Source: Spirochaetia bacterium UBA2205
GTDB taxonomy: Bacteria; Spirochaetota; UBA4802; UB4802
Direction of reading: 5' to 3'
Length of the DNA: 64,000 nt
Assembly: GCA_002328585.1 (NCBI GenBank)
Contig: DCUV01000014.1
Coordinates: 31,893-95,892, forward strand
A program made the translations under genes and the position numbers. Shown here in pieces: positions 39,783-50,221 of the stretch (positions within the stretch are counted from its first letter, which is position 1; each line of letters begins with the position of its first letter). The notes beneath the pieces were generated by a model, which made no database searches, was not told where the DNA came from, and saw only the letters and a program-made list of their open reading frames with translations.

Positions 39783-40387
39783 TTACCGTCATTGATTATG
39801 GCATGGGCAACATGCGCTCGGTTGTAAAAGCTGTAGAAAAATATACCAGTGAGGTACAGGTTAGCTCTGAACCCCAGAGCATAGCCTCATCAAAAGCGTT
39901 GATAATGCCAGGAGATGGTGCTTTTGGTCAGGCAATGGAAAATCTGACACAATCAGGCTGGATTGAACCATTGGTACAGTTTATAGGTAATGGCGGTTAC
40001 TTTTTTGGCATATGTCTTGGCTATCAGCTTTTGTTTACCAGCAGCGAAGAGTTTGGCAATCATAAGGGACTTGACATTATACCCGGTACTGTGATACGAT
40101 TCCCGGATGATCTAAAGGTGCCCCATATGGGCTGGAATCAGGTTGAACTAATAAAAGAACATCCAGTGGTTAATGGTATACCGCAAAATAGTTATTTTTA
40201 TTTTATTCATACCTACTATCCGGTTATTGGCGATAGTTCCTGGATAATGGGCCAAACTGCCTATGGAGTGACATTCCCCAGCATTGTAGGGAGGGGCAAT
40301 TGTATTGCCACGCAATTTCATCCGGAAAAAAGCCACCGGTATGGACTCACCATGATTGAGAACTTTGTGAGGATGGTATGCTCGTAA
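39779..40387 (+). CDS. hisH: IGP synthase glutaminase subunit
   Basis: DYGMGN, PGDG, GICLG, PHMGWN, QFHPEKS. Confidence 0.96.
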   Translation: MITVIDYGMGNMRSVVKAVEKYTSEVQVSSEPQSIASSKALIMPGDGAFGQAMENLTQSGWIEPLVQFIGNGGYFFGICLGYQLLFTSSEEFGNHKGLDIIPGTVIRFPDDLKVPHMGWNQVELIKEHPVVNGIPQNSYFYFIHTYYPVIGDSSWIMGQTAYGVTFPSIVGRGNCIATQFHPEKSHRYGLTMIENFVRMVCS

Positions 40388-41097
40388 TCCCGGCAATCGA
40401 TTTAAAAGAAGGCAGATGTGTACGCCTGGTGCAGGGCGACCCATTGCAGGAAAAGGTGTATTCGTATGACCCGGTAACTATCGCCCGGCAATTTGAAGAT
40501 GCTGGTGCACAGCTTATTCATGTTGTTGATCTTGATGGAGCATTTGAAGGGCAGCCTGTCAACATGCATATTGTAAAGGAGATTGCAAAATCGGTTTCTA
40601 TTCCTATTGAAATTGGTGGTGGTATCCGTACCGAGGCTGCTATTAAAATGTATCTTGATGAGGGAATAGAGCGTATAATAATGGGTACCATCCTTATTGA
40701 GGAATCGTTTAGAGAAATAATTCAAAGGTTTAAAGAGTATATTATAGCAGGTGTTGATGCAAGGGATTTACATGTTGCTACACATGGGTGGAAAAAAATT
40801 ATTGACATAAATGCCATTGAATTTATAAAGGATATCCAAAGTATTGGTATTGCAGAGATTGTTTATACAGATATAGCTACTGATGGTATGCTGCAGGGAC
40901 CAAATTTTCTATCGATAGAAAGAATATTATCTAATGTTTCAGGAGTTTCGTTAATTGCCTCTGGTGGTGTCTCTACGATGCAGGACATACAAAAATTGTT
41001 GCACTATTCGGGTAGCGGATTAAAGGGTTGCATAATTGGTAAAGCTATATATGATGGGATGGTAGATTTACGCAGTGCAATAAAGCTGTGTAGTTAG
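40378..41097 (+). CDS. hisA: ProFAR isomerase
   Basis: IPAIDL..G.CVRL.QG, HVVDLDGA, GGGIR, TDIATDG. Confidence 0.95.
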   Translation: MLVIPAIDLKEGRCVRLVQGDPLQEKVYSYDPVTIARQFEDAGAQLIHVVDLDGAFEGQPVNMHIVKEIAKSVSIPIEIGGGIRTEAAIKMYLDEGIERIIMGTILIEESFREIIQRFKEYIIAGVDARDLHVATHGWKKIIDINAIEFIKDIQSIGIAEIVYTDIATDGMLQGPNFLSIERILSNVSGVSLIASGGVSTMQDIQKLLHYSGSGLKGCIIGKAIYDGMVDLRSAIKLCS

Positions 41098-41108
41098 ATG
41101 GTGGCAAT

Positions 41109-42182
41109 ATGAATGATGATTTATCATTGTATGATGAGGAAATAAAATTCCCTGTTGAGATCGAGCAATATGAGCGCAAAATTTATGATTTAAAACAGCT
41201 TATTGAAATAAGCAAGGGATTAAATTCCACTCTGGACTATAACATACTTATTGATTCCATACTTTTAACATGCATGGGACAGATGCAGCTTTTAAAAGCT
41301 GGTATTTTTACTCATCGCAGTATTGACCGTCAGGAATTTGTATTGCATAGAAATTATAAAGGTTTTGAAATTGATCATAAAATTGAATATGTAATACCTG
41401 CTAATTCAAAATTAATTCAGTTTCTTGATATGAATTTCAAGTGTTACACGCTGGATGAACTGAAAGATATATTACAGGATGAACCTTCGCTGGAAAGCCT
41501 TATTTTCCTTGATCCTTCACTGATAGTTCCGTTAAAAGGAAAAGGTACCCTTAATGGAATTATTATATTAGCTGACAGAATAAATCAAAAAGGCTTTAGC
41601 GAATCTGACAAAGAATATATGCTCAACATTGCTTCGCTGGCTGGGATAGCTATTCAGAACGCGTATTTATATGAATTAGCCACAACTGACATGATGACAA
41701 GGCTTAAAATTCATCATTATTTTCAAACTGCATTGATGGAGGAACGTGAAAAATCAATAAAAAGCAGCCTTCCTCTTTCACTGATAATGATTGATATTGA
41801 TAATTTTAAAGATTTTAACGATACCTATGGGCATACGTGTGGTGATTTAGTGCTAAAAAATGTTGCAATGGTGATATCTGGTTCAGTACGACAGAGTGAT
41901 ATTGCATCACGGTATGGCGGTGAAGAATTTGCTGTAATATTGCCACATACTGAAATCAATGAAGCCTTTAAGGTTGCAGAGCGTGTACGAACCTCAGTGC
42001 AGAAGTCATATATTCTCTATAAAAGAAAAAAATTAGGTGTTACTATATCAGTAGGTGTTACCCAGTTTAATCCGTCTCTGGATTCAACCTCAAAAAATAT
42101 TATTGAGCGCGCTGATAAAGCGCTCTATATATCAAAGCAACAGGGTAGAAACAAAACAACTGTCCTTCTTACGGATAAATAA
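41109..42182 (+). CDS. GAF-domain diguanylate cyclase
   Basis: GGEEF active site, RQSD (RxxD) I-site, DIDNFK..NDTYGH. Confidence 0.92.
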   Translation: MNDDLSLYDEEIKFPVEIEQYERKIYDLKQLIEISKGLNSTLDYNILIDSILLTCMGQMQLLKAGIFTHRSIDRQEFVLHRNYKGFEIDHKIEYVIPANSKLIQFLDMNFKCYTLDELKDILQDEPSLESLIFLDPSLIVPLKGKGTLNGIIILADRINQKGFSESDKEYMLNIASLAGIAIQNAYLYELATTDMMTRLKIHHYFQTALMEEREKSIKSSLPLSLIMIDIDNFKDFNDTYGHTCGDLVLKNVAMVISGSVRQSDIASRYGGEEFAVILPHTEINEAFKVAERVRTSVQKSYILYKRKKLGVTISVGVTQFNPSLDSTSKNIIERADKALYISKQQGRNKTTVLLTDK

Positions 42183-42348
42183 AAATAAAATAAAATGCTT
42201 GATTTTGTCTTGTATCACTATATAATTTCCTGCCATAATACGAAAATAGTAATAAGTGCAATAGTGCAATGTTATGATGAGTGGTTTCATGCATTGAAGG
42301 TTAAGAAATGAGATTTTGAGACAAGCTTAGAATGACGATAATGTTCAA

Positions 42349-42549
42349 TGTCATTATGAGCGATAGCAAATAATTTTTTTTGGAAGAAGAGGTTTTCAGT
42401 TGTGTTACCCCTTAAGAATGACAAAAGGGACCGCGTCCATTAGAATGGCAATGTTGGATGTCATCCTGAGCCATGTCCATAACGGGTTTCAGGATCATTT
42501 CAGGATATAAAGTTACATATGTTGATTCGGGGTCAAACCCGGAATGACA
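42349..42549. repeat. Two degenerate REP-like palindromic elements
   Basis: TGTCATT...AATGACA (42349-42423) and TGTCATCC...GGAATGACA (42459-42549), plus a half copy ending AGAATGAC near 42336. Confidence 0.6.
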
Positions 42550-42585
42550 TTGATGGGATAATTCTATTTTTGGAGGAATTTTAGC

Positions 42586-43134
42586 ATGGTAAACAAAAAT
42601 AAAGGAAACAAAACTATCAGCGATTATATTAAGTTTATATCGGGTATGTTAATACTAACGCTATCTATTAATTTTATTATTTATCCAGTAATGGCGCAAA
42701 CTATTGAAGAAGATGCCGGGAAGAAATATAAGGGGACTCCCTATCAGGATGAATTTGATAAAAAGGCAAAAGAACGCAGGGAAGAACCTGCGATGATGGA
42801 GCGAGATCCACGATTGGCGTGTTTATTATCATTGATTATTCCCGGTGGCGGGCATATCTATTTACGGAATGATTTGAAGGCTGTAGGAATTTTTTTGCTT
42901 ACAGTAACCGCTTATTCATTTTCTGCATACTATTTGTATGTAGCTCTTAGTAAAACCGATTCATCAACAGAAAAAAAGTCAAAACTCATATTATCAGGAC
43001 TTTTATTTGTAGTGGGAGCTATTATTCATGTGGTGGGCATAGTTGAGGCATATAATGATGCTATTGAAATAAATGAACAGCAATACTATTTTGGGGCTGA
43101 AAGATCTCCTTGTCCTTATATTGCTCAAAAGTAG
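42586..43134 (+). CDS. Hypothetical membrane protein (TM2-like motif)
   Basis: LLSLIIPGGGHIY followed by hydrophobic helices. Confidence 0.65.
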   Translation: MVNKNKGNKTISDYIKFISGMLILTLSINFIIYPVMAQTIEEDAGKKYKGTPYQDEFDKKAKERREEPAMMERDPRLACLLSLIIPGGGHIYLRNDLKAVGIFLLTVTAYSFSAYYLYVALSKTDSSTEKKSKLILSGLLFVVGAIIHVVGIVEAYNDAIEINEQQYYFGAERSPCPYIAQK

Positions 43135-43640
43135 CTACTTTATGAGAATCAATATCTTTATTAATACCTTAAAGTAATACTTTCGCATCACCATGCAGAC
43201 CATCAATCTATAAGATTTCTAAGAATTTTTTGTATGTATAGTTATCGCGACTCTCGTTATCTGATGGGTTTATTATTTTGTGGTATGAATTTGTTTGTGA
43301 TTAGTTCCCCAAATAATGATTTGCCTACTTAATTAAGATATAGTCAATTATTTACCATGAATAATGTTTGTTTTTCTTTATCTATATATTTAAATAATTA
43401 ACAGTGATAATAAGTGTCAATGCTGATTTACCTTCATAAAATGTTAAAATAGAGTAAATGGATAATGATTTTAAAATAAATTTTAAAAATAATACCATTA
43501 TAAACAATTTGTCATTGAAAATGTACTATAAAAAAGCTATAGTATAGTACAATGATATACCCATTAAACACTTTTTAAATAATTGAAATTTATTTTCTTG
43601 ACATGTAGTATAGTATATTATTATTTTGTCTTTTCACAAG

Positions 43641-43714
43641 GGGCCCATAGCTCAGCAGGTTAGAGCGGCTGACTCATAATCAGTAGGTCCGGGGTTCGAG
43701 TCCCTGTGGGCCCA
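43641..43714 (+). tRNA. tRNA with CAT anticodon, most likely tRNA-Ile2 (lysidine type); CCA not encoded
   Basis: Acceptor stem GGGCCCA/TGGGCCC, D-arm AGCTCAG..GGTTAGAGC, anticodon stem-loop CTGA-CTCATAA-TCAG, T-loop GTTCGAG; resembles Ile2 more than Met tRNAs. Confidence 0.9.
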
Positions 43715-43809
43715 AGAGTAGAGCTAAATCCTCTATTATTATTATTTTTTTTGTATTTAAAATGTAAAATTGCAATAAAATGGTAAATTGAAAAATCTTG
43801 GAGAGGTGT

Positions 43810-44124
43810 ATGTACGCAATAGTTGAAATAGCCGGGAAACAATATAAGGTTGAAAAGGATAAAACTGTAGCTGTTGACAAATTGGATGCAAAGGATAATA
43901 ATGAAATTGCTATCGATAAAGTTATAATGTTTGTTGATGGTGAGAAAGTACTTATTGGGCAACCGTATTTATCCAACGTTGTGGTAAAGGCAAAAGTTGA
44001 TGGAATGGTTCGGGGCAAAAAGGTGCGCGGAATAAAATTCAAGAGGCGCAAAAATTATACTAGAACATTTGGGCATAAGCAGCACTATACAAGCATAACT
44101 ATTGTAGATATGTCTGTGCAGTAG
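43810..44124 (+). CDS. rplU: 50S ribosomal protein L21
   Basis: MYAIVEIAGKQYKV...GHKQ.YT. Confidence 0.96.
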   Translation: MYAIVEIAGKQYKVEKDKTVAVDKLDAKDNNEIAIDKVIMFVDGEKVLIGQPYLSNVVVKAKVDGMVRGKKVRGIKFKRRKNYTRTFGHKQHYTSITIVDMSVQ

Positions 44125-44477
44125 TGATTAATGTCACTTTACAGGGGATTATTCTACGTGACGGAAACATTGCATTATCCGGCAACGATATTATTATAAC
44201 TGTTACAGGACATTCTACAAAAGCAGCAAAGGGTAATGATATTGTTTGTGCTGGTGTTTCAGCATTAGCGCAATCCGTAGTAGTTGCTCTGGAGTATTGG
44301 GGAATAGTTCATAGTATTGTTCAGGATGATGGATTGTTACGGTTTTCTATACATGTCCCATTATTAAATGACAGGGAGATAACCCGCTGCGAAAGTATAA
44401 TAAGCGTTTTAGTTATTGGTTTAAATGAAATACGAAAACAATATGCAAATTTTTTAACTATTAATGTTAACGAGTAA
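44124..44477 (+). CDS. prp: Ribosomal-processing cysteine protease Prp
   Basis: GH...G.DIVCAGVS motif; located between rplU and rpmA. Confidence 0.85.
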   Translation: MINVTLQGIILRDGNIALSGNDIIITVTGHSTKAAKGNDIVCAGVSALAQSVVVALEYWGIVHSIVQDDGLLRFSIHVPLLNDREITRCESIISVLVIGLNEIRKQYANFLTINVNE

Positions 44478-44522
44478 ATTTTGATACTATTTTGATAATA
44501 ATTGTAAATAAGAGGTGAATGT

Positions 44523-44783
44523 ATGGCACATAAAAAAGGTGGTGGTTCATCACGAAATGGTCGTGATTCTCATGCTAAACGGTTGGGGGTAAAAGTATCT
44601 GGTGGTCAGTTGGTAAAGAGTGGCTCAATAATTATACGACAAAGAGGAACAAAACTTCATCCCGGTTTAAATGTAAAGCGCGGTAGCGATGATACACTCT
44701 TTGCGGTAGCTGATGGTGTAATAAAATTTGAACGGCTTGGTAAAGAACGGAAGAAGGTTTCGGTATATCCTGTACAATCATAA
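44523..44783 (+). CDS. rpmA: 50S ribosomal protein L27 (short form)
   Basis: [16 protein letters not shown]...RLGVK. Confidence 0.97.
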   Translation: MAHKKGGGSSRNGRDSHAKRLGVKVSGGQLVKSGSIIIRQRGTKLHPGLNVKRGSDDTLFAVADGVIKFERLGKERKKVSVYPVQS

Positions 44784-44850
44784 TGATGTTGACAGTGTAA
44801 TTGTAATTGTACATTAAAAAGCTATTGAATAAAGTTATTGAATGAATAAT

Positions 44851-44892
44851 AAAAGGGGTAAGTTTTTAAGCTGTGGCCCCTTTTTCTTTTTT
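44851..44892 (+). terminator. Terminator-like hairpin after rpmA
   Basis: AAAAGGGG...CCCCTTTT followed by a T-rich run. Confidence 0.5.
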
Positions 44893-45192
44893 GTACCTAC
44901 TGCTCAATGGAATAGTTTTTGCAGTAAACTTCTTTGCATTGCATAAATCTCCTTACTCTATCGTTGAAACTGCTCCCTCAAGGGTAAAAATTATCATATT
45001 GTGACGAAGAAAAAGTGAAAATGGGGTCAGAGCCTATAACTATAAACTCAATTTTAGAAAAATACATCAATTGCGATACTATCAGTAATATAACAAATAA
45101 TACTATAGTAACATAGTGATTAATAAATACATGTGCAGTATTAAGTGTTGTCCTTTTATGCTATTATCTATCAAAAACGTAAGGAATGATTT

Positions 45193-46176
45193 GTGGCTAA
45201 ATTTACCGATACTATAACAATAAAAATTAAGGCTGGCAATGGTGGTGCAGGTGCTGTTTCGTTCAGGCGTGAGAAATATATTCCAAAAGGTGGTCCTGAT
45301 GGAGGCGATGGCGGGAAAGGCGGTGATGTCATTATACAGGCACAGCAGGGATACTATAATTTAGGGCACCTGTTTAAGGATAGAATATATAAAGCAAAAA
45401 ATGGCGGATATGGCATGGGACAAAACCGACATGGAAAAGATGGGCAGGATTTAATTATTAAAGTGCCTGCGGGTACTGAAGTTTTTGATACACAAACAGG
45501 TGAGCCTTTAGCTGACCTTGTCAATGAAGGTGATAGTGTATGCGTTGCACAGGGTGGCATTGGTGGGAAAGGTAATGCATTTTTTAAAACATCTACCCAT
45601 CAAACCCCGCGATTTGCTCAACCTGGTATGCAGGGTGATGAGCGTACGGTAACGTTAAACCTTAAATTAATAGCCGATGTTGGGTTGGTTGGGCTTCCCA
45701 ATGTTGGGAAATCTACGTTGCTTGCAAAAATAACTAATGCTCAGCCAAAAATTGCCAATTATCCTTTTACCACGCTTATACCCAATTTAGGGGTTATTGA
45801 GCAGGGAGAGAAGGTTATTACCATAGCTGATATCCCTGGCATTATTGAAGGTGCTCATAAAGGGTTGGGATTGGGTCTTTCATTTTTGCAGCATATTGAG
45901 CGGGTTAAGGTAATTTTGTTTTGTGTTGAAGCTGTTGATGCAGACCCATTATATACACTTTCACTGTTAAAAGCAGAGTTATCAACGTATAATGATAATT
46001 TGTCAAAACGGCATTCAATACTACTGCTGACAAAAAGTGATATGGTAAGCGAATCTATTTTGCAAACAAGGATACAACTATTGCAAAAAGAAAAATATGA
46101 TTGTGTACCCATATCATCATTGACAGGATATAATATTGATATATTAATTGAGAAACTTTTTTTGATAATGGAATAA
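45193..46176 (+). CDS. obgE: GTPase ObgE
   Basis: GGPDGGDGGKGG, GLPNVGKST, YPFTT, DIPG. Confidence 0.96.
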   Translation: MAKFTDTITIKIKAGNGGAGAVSFRREKYIPKGGPDGGDGGKGGDVIIQAQQGYYNLGHLFKDRIYKAKNGGYGMGQNRHGKDGQDLIIKVPAGTEVFDTQTGEPLADLVNEGDSVCVAQGGIGGKGNAFFKTSTHQTPRFAQPGMQGDERTVTLNLKLIADVGLVGLPNVGKSTLLAKITNAQPKIANYPFTTLIPNLGVIEQGEKVITIADIPGIIEGAHKGLGLGLSFLQHIERVKVILFCVEAVDADPLYTLSLLKAELSTYNDNLSKRHSILLLTKSDMVSESILQTRIQLLQKEKYDCVPISSLTGYNIDILIEKLFLIME

Positions 46177-46180
46177 ACAC

Positions 46181-47287
46181 ATGCCACGTTCTCAGTATTT
46201 AAAACGGGTAAAGACTATTGTTGTTAAGGTTGGCTCATCGCTCATTACCAATTCAGATGGTATATCTGCTGAATGCGTTGATAAGCTTGTTGACGATGTT
46301 GTTTTTCTTATTAAAAAAAAGTATAAAGTAGTGATTGTAAGTTCAGGTGCTATCAGTGCTGGTTCTGCTGTTATGAAAAAAAAACGCATGCTGTGCACAA
46401 TCCCGGAAAAACAAGCGTTAGCTGCTATTGGACAATCAATACTTATGGATGTTTACCGGGGATGTTTTAATAAACGTGGATATGAGGTTGGACAGATTTT
46501 GCTCACCGAAGATGATGTAAAACATCGCAGGAGATTTTTAAATGCTCGACATACCTTGAATGCTCTTCTGGATATGGGAGTTGTACCGATAGTTAATGAA
46601 AATGATTCGGTTGTCATTAAAGAGATTAAATTTGGTGATAACGATACACTCTCAGCACATGTTGCAAATATTGTACAGGCTGATCTATTGATATTGTTGT
46701 CGGATGTTGATGGATTTTACTGGGATGATCATGATGAAGAACCGGTGAGTGAGATTTTTGAAATAAATGATGAAGTAAAAAAACGATGCCGTGGTGCAGG
46801 TAGTGAGCATGGGATAGGTGGCATGGTTACAAAGATTAAAGCAGGCGAAATAGTTATAAAATCAGGCGAGATGATGATAATTGCCAATGGCAAAACTGAA
46901 AATATATTAAAGCGGATAGTGCAAGGGGAGAAGATAGGCACACTCTTTTCAGGAAAAACACAGTTGAAAAGCAAAAAACGCTGGCTTGCATTTAATGTTA
47001 AATCAAAAGGTAAGCTTACCATAGATGATGGCGCGGTGAAGGCATTGAAAGAAAATAAAAAATCACTGCTTGCCATAGGGATAACCAATGTTGAAGGGAG
47101 TTTTGATCTGGGCGATGCAGTTGAGATAGTTGATACTAATGGAACGATCATTGGTAAAGGTATTGTTAATTATACCAGTGATGAATTACATAAAATAAAA
47201 GGCAAGAATACTCAGGAAATAAAAAAGATATTTGGTTCAAAATATTATGAAGAGGTCATAAACAGGGACGATTTAATTGTGTTTTAA
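46181..47287 (+). CDS. proB: Glutamate 5-kinase with PUA domain
   Basis: VVKVGSS, VSSGAI, NENDSV, FGDNDTLS, GGMVTK. Confidence 0.95.
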   Translation: MPRSQYLKRVKTIVVKVGSSLITNSDGISAECVDKLVDDVVFLIKKKYKVVIVSSGAISAGSAVMKKKRMLCTIPEKQALAAIGQSILMDVYRGCFNKRGYEVGQILLTEDDVKHRRRFLNARHTLNALLDMGVVPIVNENDSVVIKEIKFGDNDTLSAHVANIVQADLLILLSDVDGFYWDDHDEEPVSEIFEINDEVKKRCRGAGSEHGIGGMVTKIKAGEIVIKSGEMMIIANGKTENILKRIVQGEKIGTLFSGKTQLKSKKRWLAFNVKSKGKLTIDDGAVKALKENKKSLLAIGITNVEGSFDLGDAVEIVDTNGTIIGKGIVNYTSDELHKIKGKNTQEIKKIFGSKYYEEVINRDDLIVF

Positions 47288-47471
47288 CAATAGGTTCTTT
47301 ATTGTGTAACCTTAAAATAAAATTTGTTTCAAATAGCACATGGTAATTGTATATACATTGACATATATCAGGTTTGCACAATAATGATGAAAATGGTGAA
47401 ATTGATTGATAAAAAGTTAAATCATTGAGATATCCCCTCCTCAATGGAAAATATTATAACAGGATAATGGT

Positions 47472-50219
47472 ATGATAAATACAATATTAAGCCTTTTCTT
47501 TGGAACAAAGCATGAGCGTGATATTAAAAAACTGAAACCAATAGTACAGCAAATAAATGCTCTTGAAGATGAAGTGAAAAAGCTTACTCAGGATCAGATG
47601 CTTGCAAAAACTGCTGAATTCAGAGGCCGCATTGAAAATGGACAGCCGGTAGATGATTTATTACCGTATGCCTTTGCCATGGTCAGGGAAGCTGCATGGC
47701 GCACCATTGGGATGCGGCATTTTGATGTACAGCTTATGGGAGCTATAGTACTGCATCAGGGTAAGATTTCTGAGATGAAGACCGGTGAAGGAAAAACGCT
47801 GGTTGCAACCATGCCGGTGTACCTGAATGCATTGGCTGGCAATGGTGTGCATGTTGTAACAGTTAATGATTATTTAGCACGTCGAGACTCTGAGTGGATG
47901 GGTCCAATCTATAAGTATTTAGGGCTTACAGTTGGAGTGATTCAGCATAACATGGATTACTATCAGCGCCAACAGTCATATCGTTGTGATGTTACTTACG
48001 GGACCAATAATGAATTTGGTTTTGATTATTTGCGCGATAATATGGTCGAGCATCGTTCACTGCGAGTTCAGCGTGCACTGTATTATGCAATTGTTGATGA
48101 GGTGGATTCAATTCTCATTGACGAAGCGCGTACTCCGCTTATTATATCAGGCTCTACTGATGAATCTACAAAAAAATATTATTTGATTAATAAAATAATT
48201 CCAGGACTCAGGGAGGGCGTTGATTATGAAGTAAATGAAAAGGATCGCAATTCCCTTTTAACCGAAGAGGGTGTTCGCCATGTTGAGCGGCTTTTAAAGA
48301 TAGATAATCTATACGATAGTCGCAATATAGAATTAGTTCACCATGTTGACCAGGCATTGAAGGCGCATACGCTGTTTAAACGTGATACCGATTATATTGT
48401 AAAAGATGGGCAGGTTATCATTGTTGATGAGTTTACCGGGCGCCTTATGCCAGGCAGGCGGTATTCTGACGGTTTGCATCAGGCACTGGAAGCAAAGGAA
48501 AATGTAACCATAGCCCGTGAAAGCCAGACATTTGCACAGATTACCTTTCAGAATTACTTCAGGATGTATAAAAAATTAGCAGGTATGACAGGTACTGCCG
48601 ATACTGAAGCCATAGAATTTAAAAAGATATATAACCTTGAAGTTGTCGTTATCCCAACAAATGAACCGGTACACAGAACCGATTATCCGGACAGGATCTA
48701 TCGCACTGAAAAAGAAAAGTTTAACGCTATTGTAAAGGAGATTCAACAATTGCGTGAAGATGGCAGACCTGTGCTGGTTGGTACAATATCGATAGAAAAA
48801 TCCGAGAAGCTTTCGGAGATGCTGCGGCGGCTTGGCGTAGGGCATAATGTTTTAAATGCAAAATATCATGAAAAAGAGGCACAGATTATTGCTGAGGCAG
48901 GTCGTCCTTCAACAGTAACTATCGCCACAAATATGGCTGGTCGTGGTACTGATATTGTATTGGGAGGCAGGAAAACCTACATTGACGAATTAGAAAGCTG
49001 GCAGCCGGTTCATGATGCGAAGCTCTGGGAGCAGTACCGGGAAGCTGTTTTAAAAAATGATCTGGATATTGCCACAAGCCATGCAAATACCATGACAGGA
49101 CAGGACCAGCATAAAGCTCTTGAGATTATCCGTAAAGCCAGGGAGTGGCTGGATAATCATAATACAGTAGTTGCTGCGGGTGGTTTACATATACTGGGTA
49201 CCGAGCGTCATGAAGCACGCAGGATTGACAACCAGTTGCGTGGAAGGTCAGGACGGCAGGGCGACCCGGGTTCATCGCGGTTTTACCTTTCACTTGAAGA
49301 TGATCTTATGCGGATTTTTGGTTCAGAGCGCATTGCTGGCGTCATGCAGCGCCTTGGCATGGAAGAAGGGCAGGAGATAGAAAGCAGGATGGTATCACGA
49401 GCCATTGAAAATGCTCAGAAACGCGTTGAAAGCAGAAACTTTGAGATTCGTAAGCATCTGCTTGAATATGATGATGTTATGAATAGTCAGCGTGAATATG
49501 TTTATAAAGAACGAAATGCAATACTTGATGGTGAAGATGTATCCGTTAAGATTAAGCAATATATTGGTGAGGTTGTTGAGAGCTGGGTGCCGTATTTTAC
49601 ACAGGGAAAACGAAATGCTGAAGATTGGGATATAGAGGGATTAAACGGCTGGTTGTATTCAAAATTTGGTTTTGATTTGCAGTCAATAGCAAAAGATGGG
49701 GCGCGTCTTTCACATGATGAGATTATAGATGGTATTACCAATACATTGATGCAATTATACAGTGCTAAAGAGGTGGAGATAGGCAGTGAGCATATGCGTA
49801 CGCTGGAGCGTTTGGTATCCCTGCAGGTAATAGACGCTAAATGGCGTGATCACCTGCTGGTAATGGATGATTTGCGCGATGGCATATGGACTGCAGGATA
49901 TAGCGAGCGTAATCCTCTGGTTGAATATAAATTGCGCGGTTTTGAACTTTTTAATGAGATGCTGGATAATCTCAAACTAGATATTATTGAGATGCTTTTG
50001 AAGGTACGTTTACAAAAAGTTGAGGAAATTGCAATACAACCGGAGCAGATTGCAATCCCAATGGGTCAGGAATATCATCCCGAAGTTGAGCAGTTTGGTG
50101 CTGGTGGCATACCGGTTGCTCCGCTACCAATAGCAATAGCCTCACAGGGTGAGGATAAAACAAGAGAGGTGACTGGTGGGGTAAGGCGTAAAAAGACACG
50201 AAGAAGCAGGCGGGGATAA
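47472..50219 (+). CDS. secA: Preprotein translocase SecA
   Basis: [50 protein letters not shown]. Confidence 0.97.
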   Translation: MINTILSLFFGTKHERDIKKLKPIVQQINALEDEVKKLTQDQMLAKTAEFRGRIENGQPVDDLLPYAFAMVREAAWRTIGMRHFDVQLMGAIVLHQGKISEMKTGEGKTLVATMPVYLNALAGNGVHVVTVNDYLARRDSEWMGPIYKYLGLTVGVIQHNMDYYQRQQSYRCDVTYGTNNEFGFDYLRDNMVEHRSLRVQRALYYAIVDEVDSILIDEARTPLIISGSTDESTKKYYLINKIIPGLREGVDYEVNEKDRNSLLTEEGVRHVERLLKIDNLYDSRNIELVHHVDQALKAHTLFKRDTDYIVKDGQVIIVDEFTGRLMPGRRYSDGLHQALEAKENVTIARESQTFAQITFQNYFRMYKKLAGMTGTADTEAIEFKKIYNLEVVVIPTNEPVHRTDYPDRIYRTEKEKFNAIVKEIQQLREDGRPVLVGTISIEKSEKLSEMLRRLGVGHNVLNAKYHEKEAQIIAEAGRPSTVTIATNMAGRGTDIVLGGRKTYIDELESWQPVHDAKLWEQYREAVLKNDLDIATSHANTMTGQDQHKALEIIRKAREWLDNHNTVVAAGGLHILGTERHEARRIDNQLRGRSGRQGDPGSSRFYLSLEDDLMRIFGSERIAGVMQRLGMEEGQEIESRMVSRAIENAQKRVESRNFEIRKHLLEYDDVMNSQREYVYKERNAILDGEDVSVKIKQYIGEVVESWVPYFTQGKRNAEDWDIEGLNGWLYSKFGFDLQSIAKDGARLSHDEIIDGITNTLMQLYSAKEVEIGSEHMRTLERLVSLQVIDAKWRDHLLVMDDLRDGIWTAGYSERNPLVEYKLRGFELFNEMLDNLKLDIIEMLLKVRLQKVEEIAIQPEQIAIPMGQEYHPEVEQFGAGGIPVAPLPIAIASQGEDKTREVTGGVRRKKTRRSRRG

Positions 50220-50221
50220 CA

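Noticed and set aside
43660-44051. ORFs 43660-43962 and 43680-44051 (-)
   Set aside because: They are antisense to the tRNA and rplU.
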